A stretch of 64,000 nucleotides of DNA, from positions 59 to 64,058 of the forward strand of contig DATGVF010000076.1 in NCBI GenBank assembly GCA_035300645.1, written 5' to 3'. The notes under the pieces were generated by a model. That model did no database searches and was not told where the DNA came from. It saw only the letters and a list, made by a program, of their open reading frames with translations. This DNA is from a bacterium. GTDB lineage: Bacteria; Sysuimicrobiota; Sysuimicrobiia; Sysuimicrobiales; Kaftiobacteriaceae. Shown piece by piece: positions 58,136 to 64,000 of this stretch. The translations under genes and the position numbers were made by a program. How positions within the stretch are numbered: position 1 is the first letter of the stretch; each line of letters opens with the position of its first letter.

Positions 58136-58236
58136 AGGAGTGCGATGATAGAGCGATTGGCTCTCATGAACTCGATGACGGCGGGGCCGGCGACGCGGGT
58201 GCGGCGGCGGAACCCGACCCGAAGGGCGTCCTCCCC

Positions 58237-58698
58237 ATGAGCAGGCCCTCGTGGGATACATATTTCATGCGAATGGCGCAACTTGCTTCAACGCGCTCGA
58301 CGTGCGTCCGCCGCAAAGTCGGCGCGGTGATTGTCAAAGACCGCATGGTCCTCACAACCGGGTACAACGACACTCCTCGGGGGGTGCGCAATTGTGGTGA
58401 CGGGGGATGTGCGCGCTGTGCGGGAGATGCACCGTCGGGCACCGGCCACGACACATGTCTGTGCATTCACGCCGAAATGAACTGTGTCATTCAGGCAGCC
58501 TACCATGGGGTCTCGGTGGCCGCCGGGACGCTGTACTGCACGTATCTCCCGTGTCTGACGTGCGCGAAGACTCTCCTCAACGTCGGGATCAAGCGGATTG
58601 TTTTCGAAGGCGACTACCCCGATGCGCTCTCCTTGGATCTTCTCACGACTGCAGATGTCGATTTGGTCCGCTACGCGAAAGAGAGCGTCCACGGGTAG
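58237..58698 (+). CDS. dCMP/cytidine-deoxycytidylate deaminase (ComEB-like)
   Basis: HAEMNCV...PCLTCAK zinc-binding CDA motifs; 153 aa. Confidence 0.85.
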   Translation: MSRPSWDTYFMRMAQLASTRSTCVRRKVGAVIVKDRMVLTTGYNDTPRGVRNCGDGGCARCAGDAPSGTGHDTCLCIHAEMNCVIQAAYHGVSVAAGTLYCTYLPCLTCAKTLLNVGIKRIVFEGDYPDALSLDLLTTADVDLVRYAKESVHG

Positions 58699-58764
58699 GC
58701 GTTCGGGCCTGGGTGGCGCCCTGCTCGTGCACGGAATCCGCGCATTTCCCGTTTCCTGTAGGTA

Positions 58765-58773
58765 TGCTATAAT
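58765..58773 (+). promoter_or_regulatory. Extended -10 promoter element TGCTATAAT upstream of the L25 gene
   Basis: TGC plus TATAAT (58768-58773); weak -35 TTTCCC at a 17-nt spacer. Confidence 0.4.
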
Positions 58774-58788
58774 CCGCTTCGGCTTTCG

Positions 58789-58810
58789 GCCGGATGGCAG
58801 CCGGCTTTTT
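58789..58810 (+). terminator. Intrinsic terminator-like hairpin GCCGG-atggcag-CCGGC followed by TTTTTCGTTT; either the terminator of the upp-dCMP deaminase unit or an attenuator in the L25 leader
   Basis: 5-6-bp GC stem with a 7-nt loop, then a T5 run; 13 nt upstream of the L25 RBS (GGAGA). Confidence 0.45.
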
Positions 58811-58824
58811 CGTTTGGAGACGGG

Positions 58825-59643
58825 ATGGAACGGGTCACCCTAGAAGCAAAAACGCGTGAGGGCCTAGGCAAAAACCAGGTCCGCAGACTCCGCCTTGACG
58901 GGCGGATTCCGGGAATTGTGTACGGACGTGGTCGCGAACCGCTGCCAGTCGCAGTAGACGCCAAGGCGCTGGGAGCGGTCCTGCACACCCAGGCCGGGCG
59001 AAACGTCCTCATCGACTTGGCCATCGGCAATGGAGACCGCGGCGCCGAAACGGTCATAGTGAAAGAACTCCAGCGTGACATCTTCCGACGCGACATCACC
59101 CACGTCGACTTCTACGCGATCGATCTCACCCGCCCCTTGGAAGCCTCTGTCCCCATCACTTTCGTCGGTCAGGCGGCCGGGATCGCCGACGGGGGTGTCT
59201 TCGAGGTGCACCTGCGTGAGGTCGTTGTAAAGTGTCTGCCCACGCAGATTCCCGAGCACATTGAGGTAAACATCAACGCGTTAGGCGTGGGCGATGCGAT
59301 CCACGTTCGAGACCTGGTCCTCCCCGCGGAGGCCACGGTCGTGACCGCTCCGGAGGAAGTTGTTGCGACCGTCGTGGTTCCGAAGGTAGTGGAGGAAGTG
59401 ACGACGACGGCAGCGGCACTTGCGGAGGCGGGAGCCCCCTCAGCAGCAGCGGCGCCTGAAGCTGCGGCAGAAGCGAAGCCGGCCGAGGCCAAGCCTGCTG
59501 CGGCCAAGTCTGCAGCTGCGCCCGAGAAAGCCGAGAAGGCAAAGACGGAGGCATCAGGGGCCAAGGCGAAGACAGAGACAGGACCGAAAGCGAAGCCAGA
59601 CGCAGGGGCAAAGGCAAAACCAGAGACAGGCTCAAAGGCATAG
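58825..59643 (+). CDS. rplY: 50S ribosomal protein L25 / general stress protein Ctc, with an Ala/Lys/Pro/Glu-rich low-complexity C-terminal tail
   Basis: N-terminal LEAKTREGLGKNQVRRLRLDGRIPGIVYG. C-terminal ~80 aa are AKP-rich (AEAKPAEAKPAAAKSAAAPEKAEKAKTE...). Confidence 0.9.
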   Translation: MERVTLEAKTREGLGKNQVRRLRLDGRIPGIVYGRGREPLPVAVDAKALGAVLHTQAGRNVLIDLAIGNGDRGAETVIVKELQRDIFRRDITHVDFYAIDLTRPLEASVPITFVGQAAGIADGGVFEVHLREVVVKCLPTQIPEHIEVNINALGVGDAIHVRDLVLPAEATVVTAPEEVVATVVVPKVVEEVTTTAAALAEAGAPSAAAAPEAAAEAKPAEAKPAAAKSAAAPEKAEKAKTEASGAKAKTETGPKAKPDAGAKAKPETGSKA

Positions 59644-59663
59644 GCTGCCAGCCGTCTAGAGGG

Positions 59664-59721
59664 GCAGCAGGCAGGATGCAGAAGGCAGCGATGACGCTGT
59701 CTGGTGCGATCTGCCTGCTGC
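59664..59721 (+). repeat. 11-bp perfect inverted repeat GCAGCAGGCAG ... CTGCCTGCTGC with a 36-nt spacer, between the L25 and pth genes
   Basis: Read directly from the sequence; a potential long stem-loop in the rplY-pth spacer. Confidence 0.35.
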
Positions 59722-59740
59722 TTCGTGCTGACTGGGGACC

Positions 59741-60367
59741 GTGCGGATGAAACTCATCGTCGGTCTCGGAAATCGCGATCGCCGCTATCGACGGACCCGC
59801 CACAATGTGGGATGGGACGTCATCGATCGGATGGCCCGTCGGTGGGGGGTAACGGTGGACCAGGAAGACGGCTGGGCCCAGGTGGGGAGCGCGAAGGTCG
59901 GCCGTAACCGTATCCTCCTGGCCAAACCTCAAACCTACGTGAACCGCAGTGGAGTGGCGGTCGCTGATTTGCTCCGGCGGCACCGCGTGAAGATTGGAGA
60001 CCTTCTAGTGATCGCAGACGATCTCGATCTGCCGTTGGGGCGGCTGCGCCTGCGGGGTAGGGGCAGCCACGGCGGGCACAACGGCCTGCGGTCCATCATC
60101 GAGGCCCTCGGCCGCGACGACTTTCCGCGATTGCGTGTGGGGATCGGTCGCCCCCCCGCTGGCGTCGATCCTGCCGAATTTGTGCTCACGCCTTTTCACG
60201 AAGACGAAGACGCCGTGATGCAGGGAGCTCTGGACCGTGCTGCGGACGCCGTCGAGACCGTTCTCCGCGAGGGGCTGCCAACGGCCATGAACCGTTTCAA
60301 CACCCGGGGGCCGGGGAACGAGGGCACCGATAAGGCCGCTCGGCGCGTGTCGCCCTCTGGCTCCTGA
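59741..60367 (+). CDS. pth: Peptidyl-tRNA hydrolase
   Basis: KLIVGLGN...HNVGW N-terminus and catalytic His region; 208 aa (start may be ATG 59747). Confidence 0.9.
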   Translation: MRMKLIVGLGNRDRRYRRTRHNVGWDVIDRMARRWGVTVDQEDGWAQVGSAKVGRNRILLAKPQTYVNRSGVAVADLLRRHRVKIGDLLVIADDLDLPLGRLRLRGRGSHGGHNGLRSIIEALGRDDFPRLRVGIGRPPAGVDPAEFVLTPFHEDEDAVMQGALDRAADAVETVLREGLPTAMNRFNTRGPGNEGTDKAARRVSPSGS

Positions 60368-60379
60368 TGCTGGGACTCA

Positions 60380-60385
60380 TATAAT
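60380..60385 (+). promoter_or_regulatory. TATAAT -10 hexamer upstream of the pyrophosphatase gene
   Basis: Exact TATAAT, about 60 nt upstream of the ATG. -35 weak/ambiguous. Confidence 0.3.
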
Positions 60386-60445
60386 AAATGAAGTGAGATT
60401 GCGCCACGCGGGAGGGCCGCGGCGGCAGATTGGACAGGGGGAGCG

Positions 60446-62788
60446 ATGAGCGAGGCATCCTCGAGACTACCGCAGTTTGGCCCATTAGAGACGACGTTGC
60501 TGTGGATTGTGCTCCTCAGTAGCGTCGTCGCTCTCGTTTATGGTTTCTATTTGCGTTCCCGCGTGAACAGCCGTGATCCAGGGCCGCCGTCGATGACGGC
60601 TGTGGCCGCCGCCATCCAGGAAGGCGCCATGGCGTATTTGTGGCGGCAACTCCGGACGATGTTGGTGATCATCGTCGCGATCACGGTCGGACTGTACTTG
60701 CTCTACCGACCGATCTACGCGGACCACCCCGTGCTAGCCATCGGGATTGCCGTGGCGTTTCTGCTCGGCTGTTTCGCCTCCTATGGCGCAGGGTTTGTCG
60801 GCATGACCTCGGCGGTCCGCGGCAACGTCCGCACGGCGAATGCGGCTCGGCGCAGCTACCCGGAGGCCCTTCACATCGCCTTCCAGGCCGGCACGGTCTC
60901 CGGGATGTTTACGGTGGGATTAGGGCTGCTTGGCGCCACGATCATGTTCATGCTGTTCCGCGAAAACGCGATGCGTGTGTTGGTCGGCTTTGGTTTCGGG
61001 GGATCCCTGGTAGCCGCGTTCATGCGGGTGGGCGGGGGCATTTACACCAAGGCCGCCGATGTTGGAGCGGATCTGGTGGGGAAGGTTGAGGTAGGCATTC
61101 CGGAAGATGATCCGCGCAATGCCGCTGTCATTGCCGACAACGTTGGCGACAACGTGGGAGATTGCGCCGGGATGGCCGCGGACGTGTTTGAAAGTTATGA
61201 AGTGACGCTGGTTGCCGCCATCATCCTGGGCGCCGCGACGCTTCTCGACCCGGCCTTCGTGGCTCACTACGGCGGGGCGGCCGGCGCCGGAGCCTTCGCG
61301 CTGAAACTGATCATTTTCCCGCTACTGGTCCGAGCCATCGGGGTCTTCGCCTCGATAATCGGCACCTGGGTCGTCCGCGGTCGGGATGAGGAACGCGATC
61401 CGATGCGGCCCATTAACGCGGGTTTCTACGCTGCGGCGATCGCTTCGGTCATCGGCTTTGGTCTCGTCAACGTATTTTACTTGCGCGATCCCGCCACCGG
61501 CGCGCCGGACTTTCGGTTCTTCTTCGCTACGCTGACCGGGATACTCCTGGCGCTCGTAATCGCGTGGCTTACCGAGCAGTTCACGCATCCAGATCGTGGT
61601 CCCGTCACTGAGATCGCGTATGCGACCAAGACGGGGGCCGCCACCATGTTGCTCACGGGCCTAGGCACGGGGCTGGAGAGCACCGTGTGGGCCATCCTCG
61701 CCATCGCCGTGACGCTAGGGGCCTCCTACGCCATCTTTGGCGGATCCGTCGCACTGGCCGCCTACGGGATCGCCCTGACCGGTTTGGGTCTGCTGACGAC
61801 CACCGGGTACATCCTCGCGATGGACACGTTTGGACCGATCGTGGACAATGCCAACGGGATTTTTGAAATGTCTGGCATTGAACGCGGGAAGTCTCAAGCG
61901 GGGCGCATCGTGGCCCGGCTCGACCAGATCGGCAACACCACCAAGGCGCTCACCAAGGGGTTTGCCATTGCCACAGCCGTCGTCGCCGCCATTGCGTTGT
62001 TCCGGTCTTTCATCGACGAGGCGCGCCTGTTCACCACTGTGCAGGAGCTGGCAACCGCCGGGGCCCAGCAGGCCGGGGCCTTGCTCTCGCGCATTGGCAT
62101 CCAGGTGAACCTCCCGCTCGTCTTCATCGGGTTACTCCTCGGGGGCGCGGTGCCGTTTCTTATCTCCGCATTCCTAATTCGTGCTGTTGGTCGGTCGGCG
62201 TTTTTGGTGGTCGAAGAAGTGCGCCGGCAGTTTCGGGAGATTCCCGGTCTGCTGGAGGGCCGCGCCCGGCCCGACTACTCTACGTGCGTCGACATCGTCA
62301 CCCGCGCCGCGCAGCGCGAGCTCCTCGGCCCGGGGATCATCGCGATCAGCGTGCCGATCCTTGTGGGGTTCGCCTTGGGCCCCGCACCCCTCGGTGCGTA
62401 CTTGGCCGGGGCCATCCTGACCGCGCAACTGCTCGCGGTGTTCATGGCCAATACGGGCGGGGCCTGGGACAATGCAAAGAAGAAAATTGAAGACGGCTAC
62501 CTCGGCGGAAAAGGAACAGATGCCCACAAGGCCGCGGTCATCGGCGACACGGTGGGAGACCCCCTGAAGGATACCGCCGGCCCGGCCCTCAACCCGGTGA
62601 TCAAGGTGATGAACCTCGTGGCGATTCTGATCGCCCCGGTCGTGATCAAGCCATTGCCTGACGCCGTGCGGTTCACCGTCATCGGGGTGGCACTAGTACT
62701 GGTGGTGACCGCGGTGACTATCAGTCGGCGCACAACCATCCCCGTGGATGCGGCCCTGCCCGAAACTGCAGGAGTGGGTAAGCGCTAA
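60446..62788 (+). CDS. hppA: Membrane-bound proton/sodium-translocating pyrophosphatase (V-type PPase)
   Basis: ADNVGDNVGDCAGMAADVFESYEV, DTxGDPxKD and GGAWDNAKK motifs; 780 aa with ~16 TM segments. Confidence 0.95.
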   Translation: MSEASSRLPQFGPLETTLLWIVLLSSVVALVYGFYLRSRVNSRDPGPPSMTAVAAAIQEGAMAYLWRQLRTMLVIIVAITVGLYLLYRPIYADHPVLAIGIAVAFLLGCFASYGAGFVGMTSAVRGNVRTANAARRSYPEALHIAFQAGTVSGMFTVGLGLLGATIMFMLFRENAMRVLVGFGFGGSLVAAFMRVGGGIYTKAADVGADLVGKVEVGIPEDDPRNAAVIADNVGDNVGDCAGMAADVFESYEVTLVAAIILGAATLLDPAFVAHYGGAAGAGAFALKLIIFPLLVRAIGVFASIIGTWVVRGRDEERDPMRPINAGFYAAAIASVIGFGLVNVFYLRDPATGAPDFRFFFATLTGILLALVIAWLTEQFTHPDRGPVTEIAYATKTGAATMLLTGLGTGLESTVWAILAIAVTLGASYAIFGGSVALAAYGIALTGLGLLTTTGYILAMDTFGPIVDNANGIFEMSGIERGKSQAGRIVARLDQIGNTTKALTKGFAIATAVVAAIALFRSFIDEARLFTTVQELATAGAQQAGALLSRIGIQVNLPLVFIGLLLGGAVPFLISAFLIRAVGRSAFLVVEEVRRQFREIPGLLEGRARPDYSTCVDIVTRAAQRELLGPGIIAISVPILVGFALGPAPLGAYLAGAILTAQLLAVFMANTGGAWDNAKKKIEDGYLGGKGTDAHKAAVIGDTVGDPLKDTAGPALNPVIKVMNLVAILIAPVVIKPLPDAVRFTVIGVALVLVVTAVTISRRTTIPVDAALPETAGVGKR

Positions 62789-62812
62789 GCCTGCGAGGAC
62801 ACCAAACCCGTC

Positions 62813-63904
62813 TTAGGGGGCAGCCCACGACGGGATTTTCACCACCCGGTCGGACTCCACAGGTCGCCGGAGCACGACGAGGGCGGACGCGACCATCCGC
62901 TCAAAGCCGTCAGACGGCGTATTAACGATGCGGCCTCCGACGACCATGGTCGCGGAGCCGCCGCCATCCAAATTCATGGCGTCCTGGGCTCCCAAGCTAA
63001 CCATCAGGGCGCCCATCTCCGGCAAGGTCATCCCCGGATTCTGACGACTTCCTCCGTCCACCGTCACCAGCAGTAGTTTGCCTAAGGTGGTGATCCCGAC
63101 CGCCGTGCGCGCCGCCCGCCGCCAGGTCAACGGAGACGAGAACGATTCCCATGCAAACGGGACGAATGCCCGACCGCCTTTTACGAGCCGGGGGCCTCCT
63201 CCTAATGCATTCACCACGTGGAGGTCAGGATCGAGATCGAGCGACAGGGCGAGGCGCTGCCCAGGGTGCAGGTGCGCCAGAAACTCGGTATCCCCTTCGC
63301 TCGCGGTGAGCACGTATCCGTCGCGCGGGATGAGGATGCGTCCAGACGGCACGCGTTCTACGATGTCGCGCCGCACGACTGCGCCCAACGCGACGGGCGG
63401 GGTCAGGGGACCGTACTGCGGCATGAAGACGGTCATCCCTCCGGGTTGGGGCAGGCTGTTCACGCCCGTGATGGGAGCCCACTGGTCTTTCTGCGCGTAG
63501 ACGCGTCCAGCAAATTGGAAATCGCGAATCAACGGCGGCCCCGCATGCGGGAATGCCAGGACCGAGCGCCGAGGAAGCGGGAGGGACACGAGCTCGCCAT
63601 TGATGACGACAAGACCCAACGGCATGGCCGGACCCCCGAAGTAGCCCCCGTTCACGGCCGCCACCGCCTCGTGTCGCGTGGCGATCGTACTGGTTGTTTC
63701 CGTCCCGGAGACCATGTCGACAGCCAGCACGGGCCGGATCTCGAGTTCCGGATCTTCGGGGTTGATGCGCAGCAGGTGCACCCCTGTTGTGCCCGCCCGG
63801 GTGTGGGCTCGGAGCGCTTCGTACGCCACGCTCCGCGGCAAGGAAGCGGTTGCCAGCTCAGGAGGAATGATGACCACAGTCACCGTTGACGGTTCTGTGG
63901 TCAT
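62813..63904 (-). CDS. Phosphodiester glycosidase family protein (NAGPA-like, DUF2233); possibly extends beyond the window
   Basis: GGYFGG...NLDGGGSATMVVGG family motifs. The reading frame stays open upstream of ATG 63904 to the window end (no in-frame stop), so the N-terminus may lie outside. Confidence 0.65.
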   Translation of the reverse strand: MTTEPSTVTVVIIPPELATASLPRSVAYEALRAHTRAGTTGVHLLRINPEDPELEIRPVLAVDMVSGTETTSTIATRHEAVAAVNGGYFGGPAMPLGLVVINGELVSLPLPRRSVLAFPHAGPPLIRDFQFAGRVYAQKDQWAPITGVNSLPQPGGMTVFMPQYGPLTPPVALGAVVRRDIVERVPSGRILIPRDGYVLTASEGDTEFLAHLHPGQRLALSLDLDPDLHVVNALGGGPRLVKGGRAFVPFAWESFSSPLTWRRAARTAVGITTLGKLLLVTVDGGSRQNPGMTLPEMGALMVSLGAQDAMNLDGGGSATMVVGGRIVNTPSDGFERMVASALVVLRRPVESDRVVKIPSWAAP

Positions 63905-64000
63905 GTAGGTCTTGTACCGGGCCGGCCGGCGGAGGTCAATCTGGACGCGGGCGACATCTGGGGTTAGTTGGTTGACGCGGACTCCCTGGACGAACGGATG

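Noticed and set aside
1-64000. Search for CRISPR arrays, tRNA/rRNA genes, transposases, integrases and phage genes
   Set aside because: No regularly spaced direct repeats, no tRNA-like cloverleaf regions in the few intergenic gaps, and no recognisable transposase, integrase or phage protein motifs.

Overview
High-GC (~68%) bacterial chromosomal segment that is densely coding; about 60 genes are supportable from the sequence. The right half has Firmicutes-like housekeeping synteny: tal, rho, [LysM-M23 peptidase], rpmE, tdk, DUF1385, prfA, prmC, tsaC/ywlC, rpiB, upp, dCMP deaminase, L25/ctc, pth and a membrane pyrophosphatase, plus an accD-accA-accB-accC operon, htrA, argS and an SLH-domain protein. 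The left half is dominated by alpha-glucan and trehalose metabolism: glycerate kinase, glgA, a GalT-like HIT transferase, three GH57 proteins, glgC, an OtsA-OtsB fusion, TreT, a bifunctional PGI/PMI, a sugar epimerase, an orphan solute-binding protein and an orphan MalK-like ATPase. It also carries a HAAT-type (Liv/Urt-like) ABC importer, a NitT/TauT-type ABC importer, a convergent Tat-signal PBP1 binding protein and a glcD-glcD-glcF-glcE glycolate oxidase cluster. I found no rRNA, tRNA, CRISPR array, transposase or integrase. The items most worth follow-up are: (1) a candidate ~100-nt C-rich small RNA at the left edge, bounded by a TATAAT box and an intrinsic terminator; (2) a 7.3-kb minus-strand operon linking a GH57 branching enzyme, glgC, a GH57/DUF3536 protein, a conserved unknown and treT (ADP-glucose to trehalose); (3) a GalT-like gene translationally coupled to glgA; (4) an apparently leaderless glcD; (5) leader, terminator and palindrome structures around rpmE, L25 and pth; (6) an unusually long ~600-bp accD-htrA intergenic region with a strong extended -10 promoter and a short ORF with coding-like GC3. 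All functional calls are from motif and family recognition by eye, with no database searches run. Start codons are approximate in several places because the high GC content yields many alternative starts.
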